64,000 nucleotides of DNA from Antechinus flavipes (GCF_016432865.1 NC_067403.1:195610001-195674000), one strand, 5' to 3'; positions 13,081-25,952 are shown, counted from the first letter of the stretch. Numbers and translations are program-made. The notes: a model not told the origin generated them from the sequence alone.

Positions 13081-13596
13081 GCAAACTGGCCGGCAAAGAG
13101 ACTAGGTGTGCAAAAAATAATAAATAAATATTAACTTAAATACTAGAATATCTTTTAAAAGGAATGCCGTGAGTGGGCTCTTCTTTCCCCCCCTCCCCCC
13201 AAGCCTGTGGTTGGTCGTTTATGAGCCCGAAACGGATGGAACCAGCTGGAAAGATAGAAAGGAACAGCGGTGCATTTTGGAGAAGTATTTATAATGCGGC
13301 AGAGCCGGTGCAATCTCGGATCCCGGGGTCCCGCAGGGTCCTAGCGTCCATTGCATTGGCTGAGAAGGGTCACCATGTGATCTCGAGGGGTGGGGAAGAG
13401 AAACACCTCCCCCGCTTTGGCGTTTGATTGCAAATTACTACAGCAGTGCCTTTCTCCGGTTTTGCGTGTGTCATTCTCCCTCCCCCTCCATCCCCTCCTC
13501 TCTCCTCCTCCCTTCCTTTCCCTTCCCTTCTTGGTTCGGGGCCTGCAGAGAGGCGCTATAACACTCACTAAGCTGTCGAGGGTGGTCCCGGCTTAC

Positions 13597-13708
13597 TCCC
13601 GGCCGAGGCAGGGGGCGAGAAAGACCGAGTTTGATGGCGAGCTAGGGTTTCGCTGTGTGCGTCTTGGTAAACTGGCGGCGGCGACAGCGACAGCCCTGAG
13701 CGAGCGCT
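13597..13708 (-). other. NAT8L: Putative non-coding leader exon of NAT8L
   Basis: TATTTAA (13739-13733) lies 31 nt upstream of a CCA+1 initiator-like site at 13708. The segment is ATG-free, with donors GA|GTAAGC (13596) and TA|GTGAGT (13568). An acceptor ttattttttgcacacctAG at 13103-13102 lies 21 nt before the ATG. Confidence 0.45.
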
Positions 13709-13732
13709 GGACGCGTTGCGCTTGGGCGCAAG

Positions 13733-13786
13733 TTAAATAAGGCGGCGTTGCCTCAGCCTGCCAAAATCGCCGTCTCCCCCCGCCCC
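13733..13786 (-). promoter_or_regulatory. TATA-like box plus GC box (NAT8L proximal promoter candidate)
   Basis: On the minus strand, GGGGCGGGG at 13786-13778 and TTATTTAA at 13740-13733, inside CpG-rich DNA. Confidence 0.45.
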
Positions 13787-16700
13787 AACCCCCAGTTTTG
13801 GGTGGCTGCGTTCCCCTCACAGAAGAGTTGATTAATTTGAAGGTCGTATCCCATTCCCTAGCCCGGGAAGCCCCCTTTAAGGAAGTGACGGGGGGGAGGG
13901 GGACAGATTATCCGTTGCACTTTAGGCGTTCGCATCCTATTTTTGGATGTTTTAAGGAAGGCCTTTGGAGAACTTGTAATTTACCGGGAGGGGGAGGGGA
14001 CAGGTGGAGAGAGTTGCAGCGGCTGATTCCGAATTGGAGAATCTTTCCTGGGCTCTCCCTCTAGTCTTTGTCAAGCCGAGCACCTCCCCGATACTCGGGC
14101 CGCTCTCCTCCGGAGGAGGAAGGGGAGGGGGGAACCTCCTGGGGTCTTAGTCCTCGGGCAGCACTTGGGCGGTTTAGGAAGGCCGAACTTAAGCTCAACC
14201 CAACCACAAACATGCATCTCGATTACAACGGGTGAACAATAGCGAATGGAATCCCCGAGATCAGACGTTCTCACGACAAACGCGTTGGGGACAAAAACGA
14301 GGTTGAATTTGGGAAGCCTAAAGGTTCCGAAAGAGATGGAATCCCAGTCCGGGAAGGGAAGATTCTGCTCTGGCTTGTAAACCCGAGCTCGATCCTTCCC
14401 GAGGCAGTTCTCTCAAGGGAGAAGCTCGGAAACTCCGCTTGGGCTGGACCAAGTCGAGAAATAGCGGGCTGTGGTGCCTAAACTCGCTTCGCGCAGCAGC
14501 TAGTCCGGCCCGGCTTACTACCCCCGGGGGGTAGGTCTGGAGGCAGGGCCGGACAAATGAATACATTAGATACCCAGCTGGGGCGCCCCAAGGGTCGGAA
14601 GAGGGGCTAGAAGGGGTCCTCAGGGCGCCGCGCTCCCTTATTTACGAGTCCACTCTCCCGACTTAAGTCCTGCTGCTGCAAGTCACGCAGCCCCATTTCC
14701 CCTAGGGATAGAAGGTAGACTCGGCCAACACCCTAGCCATCCCTGCTTTTATTTTAATCACCCAAGACTGAGATGGCTGGGAGAGGAAGGAAAGAGATGA
14801 CTCTCCGGACAGCAGACAGAACGCCCCAGGCCCTAGGCAACCTGTCAATCGGATCAGAGAACGTTAGGTCCCCAGCACAACTCCCGGTCCCGACCCTAAG
14901 ATCCCGGTGCTGAATCCAAGTTCACTGCTGGGCCTGGGGCAATCCAGGTACAAGGTCCGGGCCAGTTCCCTCTCTTCCATTCCCCTCCCCTGCCCTCCCT
15001 CGCTCCATGAGCCTCCGCTTGCCTCTTATGGATCAAACTCAACCTTCTCCCGGTTCGAACCGGCCAAGCCACCGGCTCTCCCCCTCTCCTTTCTCCTCCC
15101 CTCCTCCCCTCCTCCTCCTCCTCCACCTCCTTCTTCCACCGCCCCTTACAGCAGTCGAGCCCCCGGCCCCGCCCCCGCCCACAGTCTCCCGCCCCCGCGC
15201 TCCTCCCCACCCCACCAGGAACGCATGCGCCTTGCTGCCTCGGTGCAGGTACCCGATGAGGTGTCCCATTCTCCCGGTTGGGGCATTAGGCTGGAGTTGG
15301 GGGAGGAGGAAAGAAGGAAGGCTCTTAACTGGCGAGGGATGAGGGGGCGGTTTCCTCCCCCTCTTCGCAACCCCCGTCTCTATGCTAAAGCTGCGGCTCC
15401 CTCCTGCTGTCCGGCTGTACCCGCCCCGCCCCGGTGCTGCCTGAGAGTCCGAACGGGAGGGGTAGGGGGAAGAAAGATGTGAGGGTCGGGGCCCACCGCG
15501 CCTGCGCCTGCGGCAGCCCTACTGCAAGCAAGGGAAAGAGAGATGGGGTCCATCCTGGCTAAGGGTTCCGATCTACGTGGGGACCCTCTCTGCGGGACTG
15601 GGAGACCTTAGTCAGAGTCCCAGGGACAAAGATTCAGGGAAAGATTTAGAGACCCCCTAGTCTGTCAAGAACACCCCCCTGCCCTCCTCCAGCCTGAGGG
15701 GAATCCCTGAGCTGGAAGGAGATCCTATAATAAGGAGGAGGCTGGATCGAAGAGACTTGAAATCAAAGGACTTGTCCAAGGTCATACTGGTAGCAAGTAG
15801 TCAGAAGTCAAGCCTGATTCTATGACTCTTGGAGTGAGAATGGTGGGACTTGGATTGGTTTGTTTTATTTGGAGGAAAGGAGTTGGAGGAAGGTGAATAA
15901 ATTGAGTGACACCTCCTGGAGTTTTGAGTGACCCTTTCTGGGGAGGAGGTTTTCCATGTTTTTCCACCCAGAAATCATAGAAAGCTAGATTGATGTTCTG
16001 GAATGATGTTTACATCTGCCTCTCAGCAGATCTGCCCTCCTCCCCCGACCGCCCAGAAACTGTGTCACTGTCTTGGTTCTGTGATGAGGAGCTGCAAGAA
16101 AAGTTAATCTAATCGTATTGGATGTGCCCCAGGCCTTGTTCTGGGTCCCTGTTTCCCTTTGCTCTGGGCTCTTTTTTTACCAAGATCTAAAGTCCTCTTT
16201 TCCCCAGAGATGTTGCCTTGTCTGGGATGATGGCCCCTGGACACATTTTAATTCCTTTCCTTGTCCACCCCCCTTCCCTCACCGTGATACCATGATTGAA
16301 TTTACAAGAAGTTCTTCTTTGTGAATATGGCCTTCAAAGCGGACACAGAGAAAGGAATTTGAAGACTGGAGACCTGGAGAGAAACACCCGCTCAGCTCTT
16401 TGGAGGAGCCTGCCTGGATAGCTGGGAAGAATCGAGACATTCCTAGATCAGGCTTCCTGGACTAAACACTGGTTCTTGAAACAAATGGAAACCAAAGTTA
16501 GGGCAGAATGAAATGGAAGGACAGAGCTCTGATGTGGATGAGCAAACCTGAATCTTACCTTTTATTAGTAATAGGAGTTCTCCCGTGGGGACTAAGGGAC
16601 AGCATGCAGGTAGCAGGACTCATATGTTCTTTTGACTGAGTATTTTTTCCTTGGAAGTGGGGGATCCAAGATGGTATTTTAAGTCTAGAAAACATATAGG

Positions 16701-16974
16701 GCTCTGGGAGGTAGAGGTCCACAAGAGGAGGGACTGTAGGAGTTGATTATTTGGTTTGGTTTACTGGGGAGGAGGGGTTGGAAGAGAATGAGTAAGGACA
16801 ATAGGAACTCTTGTAGGAGCTGAGAACTCTTTCCCCTTTCTGTGGGGATCTATGGGATAGAGACTTCCCAGATGAAGAAACTTCCTCTACCAGTATAGGT
16901 AGGCATCCTTCTTCAACTTAAAGTCTTAGAGAGTTGCCTAGAAATTGAGAGGGTAAATATAATTTACCCAAGGC

Positions 16975-17180
16975 TACATGGCATGTATACATATATATAG
17001 TGTGTATATGTATATTGTGTGAGCATATATTACATATATATTCTATATGTGATTACATACACATATATGCCCTGAAATCTTGTGTAAACACATACATGTA
17101 TGTATATGTTGTATATTATATCAAATATATATTCCTATATGTTTACATATATACATACATAAGTATGTGTATATATGTCA
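16975..17180. repeat. Degenerate (TA/TG/CA)n low-complexity tract
   Basis: Alternating purine-pyrimidine, AT-rich. Similar tracts at 30710-30795 and 51145-51240. Confidence 0.8.
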
Positions 17181-17872
17181 GAGGCAGAACTCAGATACAT
17201 ACTGACTCTGAAGTCAGCCTTCTACTACTACACCATAGAAGCTAAGCATGCAGCCCTGCCTTCTGACTGCCTTGGGCAGCAACACTTCTGAGTGCTTTTA
17301 TATAATTGGAAAATATTTAACAAAATATAGATAATGTTAATATACAGTTTTCTGGGTCGATAAGCTGCCTGCAGGGATCCTTACTTATATCCTTGTTTCT
17401 ATCTTGAGTTTGCTGTGACTGCCCTACACTTATCAGCCAAATTCAGACATTCTTAGAGGGAGACTAATCAAAGAATGATTTGTGTGAGAACACCCCAGTA
17501 GTAAACCATGAAAATCTGAAAGTTAGGCTACAGGTTAGGTAATGAACAAGAAAAAAAAATAAAAAACAGGAATTTGGGATCAGAGCTCAACTTCCAATTC
17601 CACTGTGTAATTTTGGACAAGTCATTGTGCCCTTATCTGGACTGTAATTTTCCCTCTCAAAAACTGAACCAATTGGACTATGTGAGCTCTTTCCTGATTT
17701 TTATAGTCTGTCTTCTGTGATTTGAGAACGTTTCCAAACTCTGACATCCTAGGCATTGGGTTATTTTCAGACTCTAACATGCTGTTCAACTCCACCAGCA
17801 TCTACTGAGCCCCAAAAATTTAATCCATCTCAAGACAGATAAAAATCACTATCCCCACCCAGGAAAGAGTCG

Positions 17873-17962
17873 GTTCTGGACAATACTATCTCAGTTCTGG
17901 ACAATACTGTCTCAGTTCTGGACAATACTGTCTCGGTTCTGGACAATATTGTCTCAGTTCTG
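17873..17962. repeat. 4.3 x 21-bp minisatellite (GTTCTGGACAATACTGTCTCA)
   Basis: Units start at 17873, 17894, 17915 and 17936, with a partial unit at 17957. Confidence 0.95.
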
Positions 17963-20900
17963 TAGATTTCCTTTTAAAGGGGCAAAGGCAGATACATTGT
18001 GCCCATCTTGGATATTCAAATTGATTTTTCTCTACTATAATCTTGGTGGGGAGAGTTTAACATATTAGCCTCTTTTGCAAAAGTCAATAAAGTGAGATAC
18101 AGAGAGGTTAAGCCCTTGACCCATGGTCACATTGTCTGGACTTCTCCATAAAACATAACTTTTTTCTCACTTTGTGGTTCTTAATGTTCACTTCCTACTA
18201 CATCAAAGTAGAAACTGGCATCTTTCTGACCATTTATTTGCCTGCAGTGTGATGAGGATTTTTTTTTTTCAGAAGATCCTGGAGCCAGATACAGAAATAA
18301 ACAAACCTTTCCCTTTAAAGCCCTGCTCCTTGGCCAAAAGAGAGAGAAAGAATAGCTCTCTGGCTGCATCTAGGGGAGCTGAGAGCAATTGTCTGGAGAG
18401 GTCATTGGCTGCAGCATCCGCATTGGGAGGAAAGACGAAGCCTGCCCTGTGGCGTAACATAGCATGATGTTGCACAGTGAGCTTGGAAATTTCTGATCCT
18501 CCATTTACCAGGGAAGCCCCACACCAGAAAATGAGCCAGTGGTTCTCTGGGAGAGTTGTTTAGTATGCAAACAGGATGGAGAAAGGCCTTGGGTGGAAAT
18601 AGCAATCGAAATTCTAGGAGCAGAAATGGTTCTTGGAGATTTTCATCTACTCTCAGCTACTCATTTTAGACCTGTGGGAACTGGGGCCTTTAGAGGCTGT
18701 GACTTAGCCCAGAGCTATTAAGCACAGGACATGGAACTTCATTGTACTGATGAGGAAATGTGTGAACAGAATATGGAAACTGGAGACCTACCAATGGTCT
18801 TCTGGGTGGAATTAGGCTGCACAGGAGGGAATAGGGAGAGATAAGGTTGCGAAGATAAGTTAGAACATGTAGATCTTAAATGTCAGATCAGTCGTTTTTA
18901 TTCACTGAATTTGAGTCCACAAGTAAGTTTTAACAAGACTTCCCAGATTGGTACTGGGAATATAGCCTTTGCTTTCAAGGACCTTACATTCTGCTGAAGA
19001 TTTTTGAGTAGGGAATGACATGTACTTCCTTCCCAGATGGATTGTAAGCATCTTGAGGACAGGGATCCTACCTCATGGAATTTCACAACATATTTTTTTT
19101 CATCTTAAAGCCACCCCTTCCCCATTCCTCCACAAATAGCACCTTGATAGCACAAATAGACACTTCCATAGATACTTTTTATAAAACTAATAATAATAAC
19201 AGTGTTACTGTTTCTATTATACCTTATGATTTTCCTTGAAACAGCCTGGGAATGAGGTAATCTAAGTATTATCAAACCCCATTTTACAGATGAGGAGACT
19301 GGGATTCAGAAGTAATTTGATAGATTCTGAAATAGCCCAGGCAATAAAATTCAAGACGGCCATAGTAATTCATAATTTAGAAATAATTTATTTGTAACTG
19401 GCTTAGATGGTGTGCATGGCCAGGACGGACCTCCAGAAGGATTCTGGCATGGTTCTGTGCCCAACTGAAGTAGGGATAGCCTTATAAGCATTCTTGTTCA
19501 CCCTTGCTGGCGTCTTTGACATAAAACAGTAACTCGACTTTACAGGAAGAAAGATACAAAGGCAGATGTTTTAACATAGATAGGGAACAGATATCCTTGG
19601 GAGCATTGTTGATCTGGCACTTTAAAGAAAAGAAGTCCCCTAATCTAGCTGAGCAAACATTCTTCTGCTAGCCCGAGGCTTTGAAGTATGGCTAAAGAAG
19701 AGGGGCCAGTCCTTTGTCCATTTCAGATTCAAAGTCACCCTGTTTAGGAAGCAGTGAAGTGGATCTCCAAAACGAGATTTCCTGACACCAAATTACCTTC
19801 TTTCTCTTACATCTTGTAACACCCCAGCTCAACTATTGATAATGTTTCAAAATTTTAAGCAAAGTTATGTCGGGTACATTGAGCAGTTTGGGAAGTAAAA
19901 GAAGCAGCTAGGTGGTACGATGGATAGAGAAGTGGGTCTGGAGCCAAGAAACTGAGTTCAAATCCAGCCTCAAAAACTTGCTAGCTCTGCAACTATGGTC
20001 AAGTCATTTAACCTTAATATATCTCAGTTCCCTTATCTCTATAATGGAATAATACTAGCACTTACCTCTCAAGGTTGTTGTAAACATCAAATGAAGTATG
20101 AATTGTAAAGCAGGTAGCACAATGCCTGGCACATAGTAGGTACTTAAGAAAAGACAAAGAGGTAGGGTCTGTTACTATCCTATTTTAGAGATAAGAAAAC
20201 TAAAACTCCAGTTAGAAAACTCTTGTTGGAGTCACTCAGCTAGTGCATGTCTGAATCAATACTCAAACTCAAGTCTTTGTGACCCGTTTCCACTATTTCT
20301 CTATCACCTACTAGTGATAAAATTCAAGACCACAATTTCATTTTTTTTAAACTGCTCTGTCTTCCTGATCCATCCCACACAGGCCACATCTTCCTGTTTT
20401 TCACAATTATTATTCTGTTCTTTAATCTCCACCTACTGGTCACTTTAAATCTCTTTCTTTCCCTAAGGGAAAGTGCGATGGGGTGCTGCAAAACACAAAG
20501 CAAAGCTGAATTTGTCTTGAAAAACTGACTAAAAAGAATAATCTTTCTGCTACTTTCCTCTACAAAAATTGCTAGTTGCTACTTTGTGTGCTATTGGATT
20601 TTATGGTTTTATGTCAGCTAACATTTTTTGTTTATGTCAGCCTAACATTTTGTGAGCTCCAATGAGTCTTAGCTCTACTTTGCATCTTCCTAGAACCAAA
20701 ATAAGGACTATGCACGCAGCAGGTCCTAAAATATACAAAGAGAGGGAGTTTACTTTTTTAATAATAGAGAAAGCAGTAACCTTTTGTTCTAGGCTTAAGG
20801 GTAACCCCAGCCATATTATTCCCAGTTTCATATGCAGAAACAGACTTTAGGAAGGGAGGAATAGAGAAATTGTGAGATGCTAATTCCCCATGCTTAGGCA

Positions 20901-21931
20901 GAGAGGTGTGGACTCAGGAAAACCTTTGTTCAAATATGGCCTCAGACTCTCTCTAGCTGTTTGATCCTGGGAAAATCACTTAACTCAGTTTGCCTCAGTT
21001 TCCTCTGCTATAAAATGACCTGGAGAAGGATATGGAAAATCACGCCAGTACTTTTACCAAGAAAAGCCCAAATGGGATCACAAAGATTCAGATGCAAGAG
21101 AAAAGACTGAAAAGAGAACAATTTTCATGTTGTAAGGGACCCAGGATGTAGTTAGTAAGATATCCTTCCTGACAATCCCTTGTTTCTCCCGTCTCCTCTG
21201 CCACATCCCCGATTTGATAGCTTGGGTGGCAACCAGGATGAGTGGGAGATATTCCATAATAAAGTGGAAGGCAAGTCTCATCATTTTGTCTAAGTTCTTC
21301 TTGGCCTTCAAGGCTTTGCTTCAGATCCCATCTTCTTCCTAAAATCATTTTCACCCACAACACTTTAAAACTTCGATAGAATCATTTATTGGAGTGGGCA
21401 TCCGAATATAGAGCATAGGATTTCAGAGGTGAGGAACTTTAGAACGCAGACTATCTGAGTTTTGAATTTGAATTTGAATATAAAATATAGAATGGCTAAG
21501 CTTAGAACACAAAATATAGAATGTCAGAGCTGCAAAGACTGCTGGGTCCTAGCGGCAGCAACTGGCAATTTATAAATGGATTTCCTAGCCATTATTTCAT
21601 TTGATCTTCACAAAAAGATGGGAGGAACAGGGCAAGGATTATTATTCCCATTTTACAAAGGAGGAAGCTGAGGCATGGACAGAGCTCCTCCATAAAATGA
21701 GAAGGTTGGTGTGACTCCAGAGGGAGGATGGTGAAAAATGCCACCCACCTCCTGGCAAGGATTGATGGACTCAGGATGCAGAGTAAGACATACTTTTAGA
21801 CATAGTCTAAGTGAAATTTGTTTCACCTGACCATTCATATGTATTACAAGACTTTTGTTTTTCTTTTTTTTCTTTTTTCTTTTTTTTGGTGGGAAGAGGT
21901 GAATGGGAAACAAAATAAATGCTAATTAATT

Positions 21932-22162
21932 GTAAAAGTAATTTTAATAATAGCTTTTTTATTTTCAAAATATATTCAAAGATGGTTTTTAGCATTCACC
22001 CTGGCAAAGCCTTGTGTTCCAAATGTTTCTCCCTTTTCCTCCCTTTCTCCACCCCTAGACAGCAAACAATCCAATATGTGTTAAAGAAGTGATATTTCCA
22101 CATGTATCATGCTGCACAAGAAAAATCAGCTCAAAAAAGGAAAAAAATTTGAGAAAAAAAGC
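21932..22162 (-). mobile_element. 5'-truncated L1 3' end with 14-bp TSD
   Basis: The direct repeat aatgctaattaatt (21918-21931 and 22163-22176) flanks an L1 3' UTR. Confidence 0.7.
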
Positions 22163-23201
22163 AATGCTAATTAATTTTTAAAAATTATTTAATTTAAGAA
22201 ATAATCATAAAATGGACTGGATGCTTGAAGATTCCTGAGATCCACTCCAGTGCTAGGTTTTTATGAGCCTCACAAAACTAGGGGCTGCTTAAGCTCTGAT
22301 AAACCCATCTTTTAGAGGAGATGGGGGTGAGGATAGCAGTAGGAGTTCTCACACTGTGATAAATGATCGGAGTCAAATCGAACTTGGGGCATCAGTAAAA
22401 GATTATTAAAATTAGAAGAGCCCTCAGCAGAGAAAACAGAAAAATCCAACAGATTTGATAGCCCTTGAACTTGTTAAAGCCAAGAGGAACCTTGGAACAA
22501 AGAACGTTCTAAGCAGAAGAGCCTTGCTTAGCAAGAGTTATTTAACTTTGTCCTTTTATCACCAGCACTTAACACAGTGCCTGACCACAGAGAAGACACA
22601 CAATAAACAATTGTTGATTTAGGGGACAGACTGTTAGATTTGGAAAGAATTCCAAACTGAAAGGGACATTAAAACAGAGAATGTCAAAAAGGGACTTGGG
22701 AAAGCATTGAGCCCAGGGCCCTCGTTTGACAGATGAGGAAACTGAGACTGAGAAAGAACGACTTGCCCAAGATCACATGGACAGTAAGTGGTTCTTTGTG
22801 GGAGGTCAAATGCCAAGTCTTTCAGAAGGTCAGCCTAAGGGTGGACAGCACAAAAGGACCTGAGGGATCCTCCTCTTCTTTTTTCAAATAGGTGAGCGGG
22901 AACCAGGGAGGGAAAGTCACATGGTGAACCAATAACAAAACAACATGTATTTCCTCACCTAGTCAGTCACCAGTATCCCTTGTCAACGAAAGGAGTATTT
23001 TGCTGTCGATGAATAAAGTTAGTTCCACTATTGAGTGTCTTCAGACTAGTAAATGCTCCCATTTCTATCGTGCTTCTCTCCCAACCACAATATGTTGTGT
23101 GTATTTTGAGTCTTATCATCCCTATAATGCAGACAGGAAGACTGAGGGTGAGGGGCTTTAAAAAGTTTACCCAGAATTACATAAGCAATAAAGGTCATGA
23201 C

Positions 23202-23204
<3 letters not shown>

Positions 23205-23232
<28 letters not shown>
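23205..23232. repeat. (AC)14 microsatellite
   Basis: Read directly. Confidence 0.95.
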
Positions 23233-23394
23233 GACTTCCTTTCTTTTGAGGTGGAGGCCAGATTACGCTTGAATTTGAAATGAACAGACGGGTATCAGTT
23301 CCAGAATGCTCCAGAGGAAGAGGAAGCAATAATAGATAGGATGAAATTGGAGGGGGGGAAAAAAAAATCCTTCTAAGGTCAGAACTCTGCTGTG

Positions 23395-23413
23395 GGGCAC
23401 CCTCTAGTGGCCA
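23395..23413 (-). promoter_or_regulatory. CTCF-binding motif
   Basis: TGGCCACTAGAGGGTGCCC versus the consensus TGGCCACCAGGGGGCGCTA. Core differences fall at positions where the consensus is degenerate. Confidence 0.6.
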
Positions 23414-23639
23414 AAATGGGGGAGAGTTGGAAAGACCCCCAGAAGTCATGGAGTGCTACCCATAGAAAAATCAGAATTACCACTGAGGAATCTATTAAAC
23501 AAATGGCATCTAGCCCTAGCCTCTTTTTGAAGAATTCCAAGAAGAAGAAACCCATTCCCTTCCAAGGCAGCCCAGGTCCCATAATGCCTTCTCAAGCTCT
23601 CTCCACTCTCATTTCTCATGAAGAAGTGGCCCTTACTTT

Positions 23640-24322
23640 TTTTTTTAATTTTTCAAACGGTATTTTATTTTTCCAAATACATGCAAAGATAGTTTTCAAT
23701 AATGACCTTTGCAAAACCTTGTGTTCCAAATTATTCTCCCTCTTTCCCCCCATCCCCAAGACAGTAAGCAATTCGATATAGGTTAAATATGTGCATTTCT
23801 TCTAAACAAATTTCCATATTCTTCATGCTGTGCAAAGGAAAAAAAATCAAAGAGGAAAACAAAACATGAGAAAGAAAAAAACAAGCAAACAACAACTATG
23901 CTTTGGTCCAGATTAAGTCTCCATAGTTCTCTCTCAGAGTGACTGGTATTTTCCATCCCTGTCAACTGGAATTGCCTTGAATCGCCTCATTGTTGAAAAA
24001 ATCATCACGTAATCTTGTTATCACTGTGTACAACGTTCTCTTGGTTCTGCTCACTTTCCTCAGCATCGGTTCATGTAAATCTTTCTAGGTTTTCATTTCT
24101 TATAGAACAATATTCCATAACATTCATATATCACAATTTACCCAGCCATTCTCCAATTGATGGGCATCCATTCATTTTCCAGTTTCTGGCCACTACGAAA
24201 AGGGCTGCCACAAACATTTTTGCACATGTGGGTTCCTTTCCCACATTTAAGATCTCTTTGGGGTATAAGCCCAGTAGAGACACTGCTGGGTCAAAGGGGA
24301 TGCACAGTTTGATAGCCCTTTG
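23640..24322 (-). mobile_element. L1 ORF2 C-terminus plus 3' UTR
   Basis: QRAIKLCIPFDPAVSLLGLYPKEI..AALFVVARNWKMNGCPSIGEWLGKL, with a T-rich tail at ~23640. Confidence 0.9.
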
Positions 24323-24324
24323 GT

Positions 24325-25170
24325 GACCCTTACTCTCTGCCTGCACAAGCAATCCCATTCCATCCCATCTCTTCTCACAAATTTCTTTCTCCGTCATTCC
24401 CACTCTATCAATTATCTTCAATTTGTCTTGTCTACTGGCTTCTTCCCTACTGCCCCAAACATGCCCATAACTCCTCCATCCTCCAAAAAAGCCCTCACTG
24501 GATGCTCCTATCCCATATATGGTAACCCTAGATCTCCTCTGTCCTTTGTGGTCAATTGCTTGAAAAGGCCATCTACCACAAGAACCTCCAATATCTCCCC
24601 TGTCACATTCTTCTTTCTTTATCCCTTACAATCTAGCTCTGGACCTCATCATTCCATCAAAAGTGCTCTCTCCAAAATTATCAATGATCTCTTAATCGCC
24701 AAATGCAGTAGCCCCTCGGCAGTTCTCATTCTCCTTGACCTCTCTTCAGCCTTTAACACCTTTGATCACTCTCCTCTGTCTCCTCAATACTCATTTCTCT
24801 CTAGGTTTTCCAGACACTATGATCTCTTGACTCTTCTCCTGCCTATCTGACTGTTCCTCAGTCTCCTTTGTTAGATCCCTATCCAAATCAAATACCTTCT
24901 AACCATAGGTATCCCACAAGATTCTGAGCTGAGCCTTCTTTTTTCCCTCTATACCACTTCATTTGGTGATGGCATCAGATTTAATTACTATCTCTATACT
25001 AATGATTCTCAAACCTACCTCTTCTTGCCTAATCTTTCTATTGACCTCCATTCTCAAATCTCCAAATCTTCCTTTCATGTAACTTAATCTGAATGTTCAG
25101 TAAACTCAATTTTTAAAACTAAGTTTATCATCTTTGCCTTAAACTGTCTCCCCATCTACTCTAATCTATT
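24325..25170 (+). mobile_element. L2 LINE RT fragment
   Basis: SALSKIINDLLIAK...LILLDLSSAFNTFDH, followed by a degenerate YADD-region block. Confidence 0.8.
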
Positions 25171-25184
25171 ATTGGGGAGGGGTT

Positions 25185-25600
25185 TTATTTTGCTTTTTCA
25201 TATTTCATTTTTTTCAATTGCATGTAAAAATAATTTATACATTAGTTTTCTAAAATTTTGAGTTGCATAATGTCTTTCTTCCTACTTCTTTTCCCCCTTC
25301 ATTGAGAAGGCAGGCAATTTTATATAGGTTGTATATAAGCAGTCGTGCAAGACATATTTCCACATTAGTTATATTGTTAAAAAAAATAAAGTTTTAAAAG
25401 TATGCTTCTATCTGCATTCAGACTCCATCAGTTTTTCCTCTGGAGGTGGATAGCATTTTTTCATTATGAGTTCTTTGTAATTCTTTTAGAGCATTGTATT
25501 GCTGCGAATAGCTAAATCATTCACAGTTGGTCATTGTACAATATTCCTGTTACTGTGTACATTGTTCTCCTGGTTCTGCTCACTTCACTCAGGAGATGCC
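25185..25600 (-). mobile_element. Old L1 3' UTR
   Basis: Reverse-complement marsupial L1 3' UTR (tatctgcattcagactccatcagt, ttctggttctgctcacttcact). Confidence 0.7.
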
Positions 25601-25952
25601 ATTTTCTTTAATTATCTCTTTGGCAGGAAGTTTTACCTGACATCAAGCCTAAATCTGTCTTTTTTCAACTTTAATCCAAACAGATTTAGTCTAACCCTAG
25701 CATCTGAACCTAAAGACTATGAATCTGGGCTTTAAAAAATATTTTTTAAAAAATATTTTGACAATTATTGCAAGATAACTGGTTTCCTTTGTAACCCAAT
25801 GTATTTTATTTTATACCTCTAAAAACATTTGTCTAAAAGGGGGCTCTAGGCTTATCCAGACTATCAAATAATCCATATTATGAAAAAAAGATTAAAAAAC
25901 CCTAAACTAATCCTTCTTACAACACTGCTGCTCATCCCTCCTTCCCCAGTCT

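Larger units (their letters stand above)
11600..15520. promoter_or_regulatory. Patchy CpG island cluster over the NAT8L 5' region and intron 1
   Basis: Visibly high GC and CpG density compared with the CpG-poor flanks. Confidence 0.8.

Noticed and set aside
14906-14914. RE1/REST site for neuronal NAT8L
   Set aside because: Only the TTCAGCACC half is present, with no GGACAG half at a plausible spacing.
11563-15482. Many overlapping 60-190 aa GC-rich ORFs around NAT8L
   Set aside because: Expected from stop-codon scarcity in CpG islands and microsatellites. No recognisable domains apart from NAT8L exon 1.
17873-17962. Palindromic direct repeats resembling a CRISPR array
   Set aside because: The units abut with no spacers, and the DNA is mammalian with no cas genes. 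The same applies to 59045-59209.
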